The notes under the pieces are model-generated. The model was not told the origin of the DNA, did no database searches, and saw only the letters and a list, made by a program, of their open reading frames with translations. A stretch of DNA of 62,471 nt, counting the filler. It is 3 parts of 3 records of this genome, joined end to end, with 100 filler letters (N's around TTAATTAATTAA, not from the genome) between each part and the next. Parts side by side here need not be neighbours in the genome. Positions count along the whole stretch, not along the records: positions 28,180 to 47,154 come from SRR31156797_6438; positions 47,255 to 62,471 come from SRR31156797_6444; 1 more part is not named here. One strand, written 5' to 3'. The position numbers and the translations under genes are program-made. This document shows, in pieces, positions 40,474-50,605 of the stretch. Position 1 is the stretch's first letter, and each line of letters begins with the position of its first letter.

Positions 40474-41979
40474 TTATTTCTCAGACTTTGCTTTCTCAGC
40501 TTTGTGCCTATCTCGTACTGGCTTTAGGAATGCACGTACTATAGATATTACTGCAATTAATAGTAATATAGCTGACACAGGTCTTGTTAAGAATGTTAAA
40601 AATCCATTATCAGAATAGGTTAGTCCACGCCTTAAATACGTCTCAAGTCTGCCTGACAGAATATATGCAAGCACAAGTGGTGTAATTGGGAACTTGCCCC
40701 ACGAAAGGAAGAATCCTAATAGTCCGCACGCTACAACCATACCCACATTAAATATTGAATATGAATCTGAATACGCTCCCACAAAGCACAAGAGCATAAT
40801 TACTGGAAATAGATACATAAACTTAATCTTTAATATTTTCGGGAATAATCTCATTCCAAAAAACTGTACAAATAATGTCATTATTGCTGCGAATATTAAC
40901 GCACCAAACATTACATATGCAAAGTTTGGATTATTAACCATCAGCAATGGCCCTGGTTCTAATCCCTGAATAGTTAAAGCACCCAGAAGCAATGCAGTTG
41001 TGGAGTCACCGGGTATGCCTAATGCTGTCATGGGTATAACAGCTCCGCCAATCGTAGCATTATTTGCAGTTTCGGTAGCAAACAACCCCTCAATAGAACC
41101 CTTGCCGTATTCCTCTGGATGTTTTGATGAACTCTTTGCTGTTGCATAAGCAACGAAACTAGATATACCAGAACCCATGCCAGGCAGGAATCCTATTCCT
41201 AAGCCAATAAAAAATGATCTAACAATATTAATTGCATTTGATGCAAGCTCTTTTATAGTTACACCCAATCCCTTTATCTTTTGATTAGTAACTTTGGGTA
41301 AAGTAATATTTTTCTTACCATAATCAACTAATATCTGCCTTACTGCAAAAAATCCCATCATAGTTGCACTTAGTGATAGTCCGCCTCTCAAATTCATAAT
41401 ACCAAAAGTGAATCTGAATGTACCGCAAACTGGAGCTATTCCAATCGCACCAATTATAAATCCAATAAAAGCTGATGCAAGACCTTTTATAACATCACCT
41501 TCTGATAGTGATACTATCAATGAAATTGCCAGCAAACATAATCCAAAGAATTCCCAAGGACCGAGTTTAACAGCTAAATCAGCAATTACAGGGCTTAAAA
41601 ACAAAGCTATGATACAACTAAAAAATGTACCAATAAATGATGCAATAATTCCAACGCCAAGTGCTTTTGTGGTCTTTCCTTGTTTAGAAAGCGGCCACGC
41701 TTCAAATGTAGTTGCTATAGCTGCCGGGGCGCCTGGAATTCCAATTATCGTAGATGCTATAAATCCACCTGAAATACCGCCTATATATATACTCACTAGC
41801 AAAATTATAGCTGGTTCTGCATCCATAAAAAATGTGAATGGCATTAACAGAACTATTGCAAGTGCTCCTGTCAATCCTGGAATTGAGCCGAAAATAATAC
41901 CAAGCGTTACGCCTGTGAATATAAGAAGCAAACTCGTCGGCTCAATGAGTACGCTTAATACATATTGTAAATATTCCAT
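40474..41979 (-). CDS. tctA: Tripartite tricarboxylate transporter large permease TctA
   Basis: GSIPGL, IGIPGAP, ETANNA, LGIPGD, FLTRPVS. Confidence 0.93.
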   Translation of the reverse strand: MEYLQYVLSVLIEPTSLLLIFTGVTLGIIFGSIPGLTGALAIVLLMPFTFFMDAEPAIILLVSIYIGGISGGFIASTIIGIPGAPAAIATTFEAWPLSKQGKTTKALGVGIIASFIGTFFSCIIALFLSPVIADLAVKLGPWEFFGLCLLAISLIVSLSEGDVIKGLASAFIGFIIGAIGIAPVCGTFRFTFGIMNLRGGLSLSATMMGFFAVRQILVDYGKKNITLPKVTNQKIKGLGVTIKELASNAINIVRSFFIGLGIGFLPGMGSGISSFVAYATAKSSSKHPEEYGKGSIEGLFATETANNATIGGAVIPMTALGIPGDSTTALLLGALTIQGLEPGPLLMVNNPNFAYVMFGALIFAAIMTLFVQFFGMRLFPKILKIKFMYLFPVIMLLCFVGAYSDSYSIFNVGMVVACGLLGFFLSWGKFPITPLVLAYILSGRLETYLRRGLTYSDNGFLTFLTRPVSAILLLIAVISIVRAFLKPVRDRHKAEKAKSEK

Positions 41980-41983
41980 ATTC

Positions 41984-42460
41984 TCACCCTAAATCCTTCA
42001 ACCAGTCAAACAACATACCATTTGGAAGCTTGATTTTCAATACATACTGGAAAATAACGTATATGATAGCTGTCAAAACAACTGCATAAATGATTTTCTT
42101 AGTAAGTGTTGACTGCTTTTCAATGTCAAACATCCAAACCATTCCAAATAGAAGTATAATAGCAGCAATAACAAATCCAGCATAATTCAATAAAAATGGA
42201 AATGCTATTATTAAAAGAGCCATTTTTAACACTCTGATCCATCCAGCTTTCGTCAAAAACTTTTCTTCTTCTCTTCTTGCTCTAATTAATTGACCTATTC
42301 CACACAATACTAAACCTATACTAGCAATATACGGAAACAAATCCGGACCTACTGTATCCTTAAAAAACTTGGGTTCTGGTATTTGACTTGTTAAAAATAT
42401 GAAAATCAATCCTGTAGCAATTAGGATAATTCCAATTGTTCTATCTTTAGATAACTTCAT
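41984..42460 (-). CDS. tctB: TTT small permease TctB
   Basis: Four TMs, VGPDLFP, IFQYVLKIKLP.G. Confidence 0.88.
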   Translation of the reverse strand: MKLSKDRTIGIILIATGLIFIFLTSQIPEPKFFKDTVGPDLFPYIASIGLVLCGIGQLIRARREEEKFLTKAGWIRVLKMALLIIAFPFLLNYAGFVIAAIILLFGMVWMFDIEKQSTLTKKIIYAVVLTAIIYVIFQYVLKIKLPNGMLFDWLKDLG

Positions 42461-42483
42461 ATCCTGTCCTTTCATAAATAGAA

Positions 42484-42521
42484 ATTACCGTGTTCTATAT
42501 CTTATCAATGAACACGGTAAT
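42484..42521 (-). other. Intercistronic hairpin after tctC (mRNA stabiliser or attenuator)
   Basis: Perfect 12-bp IR ATTACCGTGTTC...GAACACGGTAAT. Confidence 0.7.
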
Positions 42522-42530
42522 AATATAATA

Positions 42531-43583
42531 TTAGTCGATAAAACCAAGTTCTTTTGCTAGACCTTTGATTTGTGCGTACATTTCGCTCATACGTGCTTCA
42601 GATTCTTCAACATTTTTGTAATCATACCATGAGCCAAGTTTTGACATTTGCTCTAGTGCTGTTTCGTCTTCAGCCATGCCTTCTAATGCTGCATTGATTA
42701 CTTCAACTAATGCAGGATCCATGTCAGCTGGACCCCAAAGTCCGAATTCACCTGCCCAGCTAAAATTGTAACCTTGTTCTATTCCTGTTGGATATTGTGA
42801 ATAAACTGGATCTCTTTCGTCACCAATAACAGCTAATATCTTCATATCGCCTGCTTCAACATGCTGGTGAGCTGCACTGATACCAATGTTTGTTACTTCT
42901 AGAGTTCCGCCCAGAATACCTGTTATTCTGTCACCTGTGCCACCGCCGTCAACCATCTTGAATGTGACACCTGCATCTTGCTCTAACATTGCTAACATAA
43001 AGTGTGATGTACCGCCTGCTGCTGCTGCCCAGATTATTTCGCCAGGACGAGCTTCAGCGTCTTTTACCAAGTCTTCCAATGTATCCCATGATGCATCAGC
43101 ACTACATACTAATGCATTGTATCCACCGTTTTCAGCTGCAGCAATCAAAGTGAAATCTGTTTCAGGATCATTATCAGATGCTCCTGTGTAGCATGAAATT
43201 GGGAATGATGTGTGGAAATGTAGCAATGTAGTTCCATCTGGATCTGATAGCTTAACTTGCTCTGATCCTGCTGCTCCACCGCCATCTGTAACATTAATAA
43301 CTGCAAATGCTACACCTGTTGTTCTTTGCAGATAATCTGCCAGCATACGTGAGTGAGAATCAGCGAACCCACCAGCTCTTGATGGACATACAATAGTAAC
43401 AGCTTCTGTTGGCCATTCAGGAGCAGGCACCTCAACAGCTTCTTCAGCTTCTTCAGTAGCTTCAGTTGCAGCAACTTCAGATTCTGCTGGTTCAGTCTCT
43501 ACTGGTTCCGCTGTTTCATTACAGCCCACCATAATTGTTGTTAACATACTCATAATAACTAATATTACTAGTACTTTTTTCAT
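42531..43583 (-). CDS. tctC: TTT substrate-binding lipoprotein TctC/Bug
   Basis: Lipobox MVGC, acidic E/A/P linker, WP...VTIVCP.RAGG..D, PDGTTLL. Confidence 0.9.
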   Translation of the reverse strand: MKKVLVILVIMSMLTTIMVGCNETAEPVETEPAESEVAATEATEEAEEAVEVPAPEWPTEAVTIVCPSRAGGFADSHSRMLADYLQRTTGVAFAVINVTDGGGAAGSEQVKLSDPDGTTLLHFHTSFPISCYTGASDNDPETDFTLIAAAENGGYNALVCSADASWDTLEDLVKDAEARPGEIIWAAAAGGTSHFMLAMLEQDAGVTFKMVDGGGTGDRITGILGGTLEVTNIGISAAHQHVEAGDMKILAVIGDERDPVYSQYPTGIEQGYNFSWAGEFGLWGPADMDPALVEVINAALEGMAEDETALEQMSKLGSWYDYKNVEESEARMSEMYAQIKGLAKELGFID

Positions 43584-43855
43584 TTTTTATCTTCTCCTTC
43601 TTATAGATTAAATTACAGCATCTTTTTAACTGTAAAATATTATTCTTCTTCACTAATAATTTAATGGCTGCTGTATAAACAATACATACAGTCAAAACGA
43701 ATTTCAATATTTAGTTTTGCTTAACAAATAAACTTTGTATTGACTTTTCTTTTATAAATATATTATAATTTTACTACTTGATAAAGTAAAGTTAATTAAT
43801 TTTAAGATTTCTTTAACATTCTCTAATGCTAAATTAATGTAAAGTGAGATTTAAT

Positions 43856-44767
43856 ATGATTTTAACGCAACTTGAATATATAGTAACTCTATCGGAGGAA
43901 AAGCAAATATCTGCTGCCGCTGAAAAATTATTTGTTACTCCAGCCGCTCTTAGCCAACATATTACAAAAGTTGAAGAAAGATTAGGTGTCCCGATATTCG
44001 AGCGCATCAATCGCAAACTGCACCTAACCTACTGCGGGGAAATATATGTAGAGGCAGCAAAGAAAATCCTACAGACAAAGAAAGATGCTTTTTTGGCTAT
44101 TGAAGGAGTTCAGAACAAGACTAGAGATAAATTTGTATTTGGTTGTTCCCAAAAGCGAGGTCTTGCAGTCTTTGCAAAAGTATTTCCAAAATTCCACAAA
44201 GAATATCCTAATGTCAAAGTAATACTAAAAGAAGCCAATATGAATGAGCTTTATTCATTTGTCATTGATGGAACTATTGATATTGCAATGATTTCTCCTA
44301 TTGAAAAGCATTCAATGATAGTTCATGAGTTTTTGGATGAGGAAGAAATTGTACTGGCAATACCTTCAGATCACCGTTTGGCTCACTTAGCAAATGAACA
44401 TTCTGGTACACTGGAGATATCCGACTTAGCTTTATTCAGAGATGATAACTGGATGCTTTCAAATGCGACTTCCATGCATCGAAACCTAACAAATGATTTA
44501 TTTGACAAAGCTGGTTTTTTCCCACATAAAATACTTGTGGAGACTTCATCTACAGATCCACAGATAATAGCAGTAAAGGAAGGTATAGCTGTTAGTCTGG
44601 TACCATTATCATACTCGTTACGCTCTGATGATATAATTGCCCTGAGGCTGTCGCCTACTCCTTATCGCAAATTATATGCAGGATATAGAAAGAGTTATCA
44701 TTTGTCAAAGGCACAGGAATATTTTATCAGCTTGATTAAGGAACACTACTCGAATACGAGTAATTAG
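43856..44767 (+). CDS. LysR-family transcriptional regulator
   Basis: ISAAAEKLFVTPAALSQHITKVEERLGVPIFER HTH; divergent from tctC. Confidence 0.95.
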   Translation: MILTQLEYIVTLSEEKQISAAAEKLFVTPAALSQHITKVEERLGVPIFERINRKLHLTYCGEIYVEAAKKILQTKKDAFLAIEGVQNKTRDKFVFGCSQKRGLAVFAKVFPKFHKEYPNVKVILKEANMNELYSFVIDGTIDIAMISPIEKHSMIVHEFLDEEEIVLAIPSDHRLAHLANEHSGTLEISDLALFRDDNWMLSNATSMHRNLTNDLFDKAGFFPHKILVETSSTDPQIIAVKEGIAVSLVPLSYSLRSDDIIALRLSPTPYRKLYAGYRKSYHLSKAQEYFISLIKEHYSNTSN

Positions 44768-45261
44768 ATAGTATCCATTACTCTCAAATCTTGTTATCGG
44801 TTTATACCTAGTAATATATGCATATATTTAAATAAAATAATTAAAGTTAATCTAGATAGTTCGGAGTAATTTTTCTTTTACTATGTAATTACGAATTTTT
44901 TACCATATTTTTCACTTTTAAGAGGTACAATACTAGCTTAAATTCTTCCTGTGTTATATAAAATAGAAGCTACCATACGCCCATCTACAGTTCCATTCAT
45001 AAACATTTTCGTAAAATCAAGAAGCTCCTGCGAATTAATTACTTTTTAAAATTACTTCATATTCATATTTTTAATCTATTTTTATTAGTAAAATCGATAA
45101 TATCCCTTGTATAGCTGTTTAAGACTTTAAGCTGAGATTACTGGAGAAAGAGAGTAAATATGAAATTTCTCATCGAAATAGCTCTCAACTTAATAATTTT
45201 GTAATATTGTTATGGTAGTATATTGCATTACAAGCTCAAAAAACCATATAAGGAAAAGACT

Positions 45262-47154
45262 ATGAAAAATAAACTGGTGCTAATTTTTATGCTAATTAGC
45301 GTATTGCTTTTCGTCCCGAAAACAGCATCAGCAGCTGACCATTTAATATCCACGGATATAAATTTATCTTTAATGACCCTTGCAGTTGGGGATACCATAA
45401 CCGTACAGAGCGGCTCAAATATTACTATTTCCTCTACAAATCCAAATACAACATACGATATCAGCATTATATGCCAAGATAATGTAAATCTTTATATAAA
45501 CAATATAAATATTTCACCTTCATCAGGATGTGCTATATCCTTCTCGGGCGGAACAAACAGTTTAAATATTTCAGGTACTAATACTCTTATTTCATCCGCT
45601 AGTAATCCGGGCATTCGAGTAGAAGGTACTACATTATTAACGCTTTCCGGCAGCGGAACTCTAAATACAACAGGCGGTTCACATGGTGCTGGCATCGGCG
45701 GTGGTGAAGACACATCAGCAGGAACAATAACTATTTCATCCGGTACTATTAATGCAACAGCAGGGCAGTACGCAGCAGGTATCGGCGGCGGCGAGCAAGG
45801 AAACGGTGGGAAAATTACAATTACAGACGGTACAATAACATCACAAGGCAAACTAGGCGGTGCGGGTATTGGCGGCGGAACTATCGGCGGCAGCGGTAAA
45901 ATAAACATTTCAGGCGGAACAATAATAGCAAGAGGTTCAACTAGTGGTGCAGGCATCGGCAGCGGTAATGGCTTGGGTAGTCAGGCTGTAGATACTATTA
46001 ACATTTTCGGCAATGCAAACATAACTGCATACGGTGGAAGCCACTCAGCAGCTATCGGCGGTGGAAGCCAAAGTCCGGGCGGCAGTATTAATATATACGA
46101 TAATCCCACTATAAAAGCATATAATGGTTACAATGCTTCAGGAATCGGTGCAGGGTATTACACTGACTGCGGTACAATAACAATTTCCGGAGGTACAATA
46201 AACGCCTATCCTCTATCATCTGCATACGGTGCCGGCATCGGTACCGGAAGGTTTGGATTAGGTGGAACAATAATTATTGAAGACGGTGATATATACGCTA
46301 TCGGCGGCAGGTATGGAGCTGCCGGTATCGGCGGCGGTGAATATGACGGTAATGTAAGTATAGCCATTTCCGGTGGATATATACACTCAAGAGGATATCG
46401 CTCTGCCGGCATTGGAAGCGGCGAATACGGAAATTCATGTCCTGATATACACATAACAGGCGGAACGATATTTGCAGACACTTCGTACTCTTCTTACAAC
46501 GATATTGGTGCATATAGAACATCAGGAACGTGTAATATTTACATAAGCGGCGATTCAGCATTGTTTTTACAAGATAATTTATCATCTACGATTATTACAA
46601 CAGACCATTATTATTATAATGATGAAAGTTTTGTATCCCAAACTGCATATGGATATACATCTCCTAACTGGTCAGGCAACGCTTATGCATGGCTGCCTGT
46701 AATAGAAGTAACCTATGCGACAGGCCTAGGCGGAAGCCTGCACCCTGATGATGATACAACAGAAGCTGTCTTAAAGAACTATAGTCCTGAAAATCCTCCC
46801 AGAGTAATCGAAAACAGCGGTTACGAGTTTTCAGGTTGGAGCAACGGAATTATTACATCAAATGATTTAACAGACTTCGTTATAACTGCACCTACTACAT
46901 TAACAGCTGTTTTCGCACAAATACAAGTAACAGATGTTAGCATTGACACCAGTGATGCTACATTAATTTTAGGGGATGGTAATGCATTCAACAATACTAT
47001 ACAATTAAATACTATTATCACTCCATCAAATGCCCCAAATCAAAATGTAACTTGGCAAATTGCAGACACCTCTATTGCAACTATAAGCTCAACCGGTTTT
47101 GTAGAAGCAATCAGTAAAGGAGAAACAACAGTCACTGTAACCACAGAGGACGGT
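45262..47154 (+). CDS. Secreted/surface protein with GAGIGGG beta-helix repeats, an InlB-B-like repeat and a Big_2 Ig domain; 3' end truncated
   Basis: Signal peptide ..ASA/A; nine (G/A/S)-(A/S)-(G/A)-IG-x-G repeats; GYEFSGWS; PSNAPNQNVTW...IATISSTG..TVTTEDG. Confidence 0.85.
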
Positions 47155-47254
47155 NNNNNNNNNNNNNNNNNNNNNNNNNNNNNNNNNNNNNNNNNNNNTT
47201 AATTAATTAANNNNNNNNNNNNNNNNNNNNNNNNNNNNNNNNNNNNNNNNNNNN
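47155..47254. other. Artificial contig-joining spacer
   Basis: 44 N + TTAATTAATTAA + 44 N. Confidence 0.98.
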
Positions 47255-47280
47255 CTACCACCAGCTTTTTTATGAGCCAT
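47255..47280 (-). CDS. rpmA: 50S ribosomal protein L27, 5' fragment
   Basis: ATGGCTCATAAAAAAGCTGGTGGTAG = MAHKKAGG(S); GGAGG RBS; follows rplU. Confidence 0.92.
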
Positions 47281-47300
47281 TGTATCCTCCCCTCAAGCCG

Positions 47301-47612
47301 TTAGGCGTTGATGGATTTGACTTTCAGTTGAGTGTAATCCTGACGGTGGCCCTGAGTCTTGCGAGCGTCTTTTTTGGACAGCTTGTGGAAGACTACGACT
47401 TTTTCACCGCGGATGTGGCCCAAGACTTCGCACTCGACTTTCGCGCCCTTTACGTAGGGTTCGCCAATCTTTGTGTCGCCGTCCTTGTCAAACAGGAGAA
47501 CGGAATCGATGCTCAGGCTATTGCCTGCATCGGCCTTGAGTAAATCTACATTAAATTCAAGACCTTCTTCAACGCGGTACTGTTTTCCGCCGGTCTCGAT
47601 GATAGCAAACAT
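47301..47612 (-). CDS. rplU: 50S ribosomal protein L21
   Basis: MFAIIETGGKQYRV...GHRQDYT. Confidence 0.97.
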   Translation of the reverse strand: MFAIIETGGKQYRVEEGLEFNVDLLKADAGNSLSIDSVLLFDKDGDTKIGEPYVKGAKVECEVLGHIRGEKVVVFHKLSKKDARKTQGHRQDYTQLKVKSINA

Positions 47613-47744
47613 AATAAAAACCTCCAATTCGTAAGAGGAGGCAACCTAGCCGCAACCCCCGGTGGAAGTCAAGCCCTCATGTGTTTTTTTTGCGTTTTTT
47701 TTGTCATTTTTATCTGCTGGGCCAATTCATACAATATACTTGCG

Positions 47745-48494
47745 TCAGCATGGTTCCTGCTGTGTCCGGGCCAGGACCAATATGTCAACACCTAACGCAC
47801 CGGATCGTTTTACTGTTTTGGTGCATTCACGCAAAGTTGCGCCCGTAGTATATACATCGTCGACGAGCAATACGGTTTGCCCTGCTATATCTTCCTGCCG
47901 AGCCGCGAATGCATTTTTGATGTTCTGCTGTCGTTCTTTGTGTCCGAATTGCGTCTGGGGTGGGGTGTTTCGAATGCGAACAAGTCCATTCTTCAGCACC
48001 GGTTTTTCAAATGCTTTACCTAATGCTTTTGCTATTTCCAGACTTTGATTGAAGCCGCGCCAGAGCAGCCTGCGGGTGTGCAGCGGCACTGGAATAATGA
48101 TGTCTGGCATCCGTTTATTTTGGGCTTTGAATGTAGCGCAGGCGAGCGCAGAAAGGACATGGTTTTTTCCGAAGTTGTTGGAAAATTTATACGAAATAAT
48201 GAGTTCGCGTAACGATTTCGCATACCGGCCATGAAAATAGAGTGCATCCCATGGCGGTGGGTTGCGACGACACTCGGGGCATTGGGTGGGCGGTGCGTCT
48301 GTCAGCTCGAACATGGCCCCGCATGTGGGGCAATACCCACCGGTACGAATGGGAATCGCTTCCTTACAGGACGTACACATCAGGTTCGAACCGTTCATGA
48401 GTACGCCACAGACCGGACAGCGTTTGGCAGTTAATCCTGCCTTGTGAACCAGAGAACGGAACCATTCGGGCATGACTATCGGGCAGTAGTCCAT
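47745..48494 (-). CDS. comF: ComF-family zinc-ribbon/phosphoribosyltransferase protein
   Basis: CxxC x4, PVPLH..R...RGFNQ, LLVDDVYTTGAT. Confidence 0.9.
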   Translation of the reverse strand: MDYCPIVMPEWFRSLVHKAGLTAKRCPVCGVLMNGSNLMCTSCKEAIPIRTGGYCPTCGAMFELTDAPPTQCPECRRNPPPWDALYFHGRYAKSLRELIISYKFSNNFGKNHVLSALACATFKAQNKRMPDIIIPVPLHTRRLLWRGFNQSLEIAKALGKAFEKPVLKNGLVRIRNTPPQTQFGHKERQQNIKNAFAARQEDIAGQTVLLVDDVYTTGATLRECTKTVKRSGALGVDILVLARTQQEPC

Positions 48495-49081
48495 GCCGTC
48501 CGACCGAGCTGGATAATCTGCTGTTCGAAATCCGGGTGTTTCTTCATATCATTTTGCTCATCGATACCTCTGAATATTAGTGGTTCAGCCAATGTAAAAT
48601 TGAAGTTGTGCAGGAAGTATTTGAGCGTGACTTGTGCCCCCTCAAACAGTTTTTTCCCGGTAGGTCTTCCTGCGTGGAGTACGACGTGAGCCGTGCGTTT
48701 TGGAAGATCTGCAATCCATGGTTCGACATTGTTTTTGGCCGCCCAGAATTGTTGACTTCGGTCGATCCATGTCTTGAACAGGGACGGGAGATGATAAAAA
48801 TAGATTGGTGAGGTGAAAAATACGGTTCGGGCCGTGAGCAGCGGCGCGAACAAATCATATGCTTCGTCCTGTTGACCAAGGGTACATCGCGCCTTTCCCT
48901 GCTTGAATTCTGCTTTTGCGCAATAATCGCAAGCGAGGCAGGCCGTGACAGAGTGGTTGCGAATGTAGAGAATATCAGCTTCCCCACCGGCTTCGGCCAC
49001 GCCCTGAGCAAGCAGGGTGGCCGTCCGGTCCGAGTTGCCGCCGTGTCTGTGGCTGCATGCATAGATCACGCTTTTGTTCAT
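48476..49081 (-). CDS. Flavodoxin-like (iron-sulfur flavoprotein) family protein
   Basis: SHRHGGNS, CLACDYC...C, SPIYFY..P..FK..IDR. Confidence 0.85.
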   Translation of the reverse strand: MNKSVIYACSHRHGGNSDRTATLLAQGVAEAGGEADILYIRNHSVTACLACDYCAKAEFKQGKARCTLGQQDEAYDLFAPLLTARTVFFTSPIYFYHLPSLFKTWIDRSQQFWAAKNNVEPWIADLPKRTAHVVLHAGRPTGKKLFEGAQVTLKYFLHNFNFTLAEPLIFRGIDEQNDMKKHPDFEQQIIQLGRTAWTTAR

Positions 49082-49278
49082 GAGTTCTCTTTGTCAAAAA
49101 GGGGTTTTTTGCGGGTTAATCGTGCGACCACATGATCTTCATGTTCCTCAAATGCAAAGTCCCAGTCCGGGAAGATGTTTTTGTCGTGACGTACCTGAGC
49201 CGCTCCCTTGAGGGAGACCTTGGCTTCGATGACATCGGCCTTGGCGAAGCGGAGATACCAACCTATCTCCATGCCCAC
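49078..49278 (-). CDS. Small hypothetical protein (66 aa)
   Basis: GAGG RBS; ATGA coupling to the downstream flavodoxin gene. Confidence 0.65.
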   Translation of the reverse strand: MGMEIGWYLRFAKADVIEAKVSLKGAAQVRHDKNIFPDWDFAFEEHEDHVVARLTRKKPLFDKENS

Positions 49279-49323
49279 GCCTCAACATTTGTCTCGGATA
49301 TCTATGAGAATTGGTTCGCCCAT

Positions 49324-49944
49324 TTAGAACTCCGAAAAGAATGAATTGTGATTTTTTTCATCGGAAACAGTCGTCTCCGGGCCGTGGCCGGACAACAGTT
49401 TCGTGTCTGGGGGCAGCGTGAAGATATGCTCGGTTACGGATCGTTTGAGCACGTCCAGATCTCCGCCGGGGAAGTCCGTGCGGCCGATGGAACGGTAGAA
49501 AATTAAATCACCCACAAAGGCTGCTCCAGCTTCGGGGAAATAGAAGGTTAGGCTGCCAGTGGAATGACCCGGAGTGTGGAAAATCGTGCAATCGAAACCG
49601 GCAAACTGTGTCTCTCCCGGTTCCACGTTCCGCCATTCGTAGGAGTCCAGAAGCGGTAGCCCGTTTTCGCCGCCTCGACCAAGCCATGTGTCCAGCAGAT
49701 CGGCATCTTTTTCACTGCACAGTATCGGGGCACCAGTGATTTCGGACAGCTTTTTATTGCCAGCGGTATGGTCGAAATGCAGATGGGTATTTAGAATGTG
49801 GGTCACAGTGAGGTTGTTGGCCTTGAGATATTCCACGACCTCGGCAGGGTTGCCGCCCGGGTCTATCACCACGGCTTCATTTTCGTTCGACAGAACGTAG
49901 CAATTGGTTTGAAGCGGGCCAAGATTGAATGTCTTTATGGTCAT
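49324..49944 (-). CDS. MBL-fold hydrolase, glyoxalase II-like (YcbL/GloC type)
   Basis: GPLQTNCY, THLHFDH, TPGHS, GDLIF..SIGRTD, SGHG. Confidence 0.9.
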   Translation of the reverse strand: MTIKTFNLGPLQTNCYVLSNENEAVVIDPGGNPAEVVEYLKANNLTVTHILNTHLHFDHTAGNKKLSEITGAPILCSEKDADLLDTWLGRGGENGLPLLDSYEWRNVEPGETQFAGFDCTIFHTPGHSTGSLTFYFPEAGAAFVGDLIFYRSIGRTDFPGGDLDVLKRSVTEHIFTLPPDTKLLSGHGPETTVSDEKNHNSFFSEF

Positions 49945-50483
49945 TAAAATGCCTCCAGCATGAGTTCAGACAAGTCTTTGCGCTGAGAGCTTCCCTGTTG
50001 ATCGGGATGCCCCAGGGCGATGACAGCCTGGAGTTCGTATGTTTCGGGATTGACTTCAAGAGCGCCGAGAGAGGCCGCCTGATCGTTGACGATCTGACCA
50101 AGCCAGACCGTGCCTACACCGAGTGCATGAGCGGCCAGCATCATATTCTGGATGCATGCTCCTGCTCCTTGATGGTCTTTCATTTCACTATACATGGCTT
50201 CTTTTTCAAGCACGACGCAGATACATGCTGCAGAAGCGCGGACTATATGCGCATATTTGGTGCATTCGGCCAGTTTGGAATGACGTGGATCACCGCGGGT
50301 GATGACCAAGAAACGCCAAGGCTGATTATTCAGTCCGCTGGGAGCCCACTGACCGGCTTCGAGGATAGTCGTGATGTCTTGCCGTGAAACAGGTTCTTCC
50401 GTGTATTTACGGATGGACCGACGAGAAAATATGGTATCAAGGACCGGATTCTCATGTATGTTCATAATTGTGTTCTCCTTCAT
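49944..50483 (-). CDS. Nitroreductase family protein
   Basis: RRSIRKY, APSGLNNQPWRF, QNMMLAAHALGVGTVW. Confidence 0.92.
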   Translation of the reverse strand: MKENTIMNIHENPVLDTIFSRRSIRKYTEEPVSRQDITTILEAGQWAPSGLNNQPWRFLVITRGDPRHSKLAECTKYAHIVRASAACICVVLEKEAMYSEMKDHQGAGACIQNMMLAAHALGVGTVWLGQIVNDQAASLGALEVNPETYELQAVIALGHPDQQGSSQRKDLSELMLEAF

Positions 50484-50525
50484 GGTGAGTGTATGTATTT
50501 AGCTTAGGACGGAGAGACGGGCAAG

Positions 50526-50559
50526 TTTTGTGACCAATGAGGTTTGGGCGGCGTATAAT
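50526..50559 (+). promoter_or_regulatory. Candidate ECF-dependent promoter, copy 1 (upstream of the sigma gene)
   Basis: TTTTGTGACC-N16-CGTATAAT. Confidence 0.6.
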
Positions 50560-50605
50560 TAAGTGCAGATGAGTTGAAGTTCATGTTTGGACCATCAGGA
50601 TTTGA

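Noticed and set aside
44820-45070. Minus-strand coding-like stretch (…MFMNGTVDGRMVASILYNTGRI*) as an sORF or pseudogene
   Set aside because: Multiple in-frame stops, AGGAG too far from the ATG, and no recognisable family.
45100-45200. Possible riboswitch upstream of the surface-protein gene (GAGAAA/TTTCTC and GAGAG/CTCTC pairings)
   Set aside because: No recognisable c-di-GMP, c-di-AMP, glycine, SAM or T-box signature, and the stems are short; an Rfam scan would be needed.
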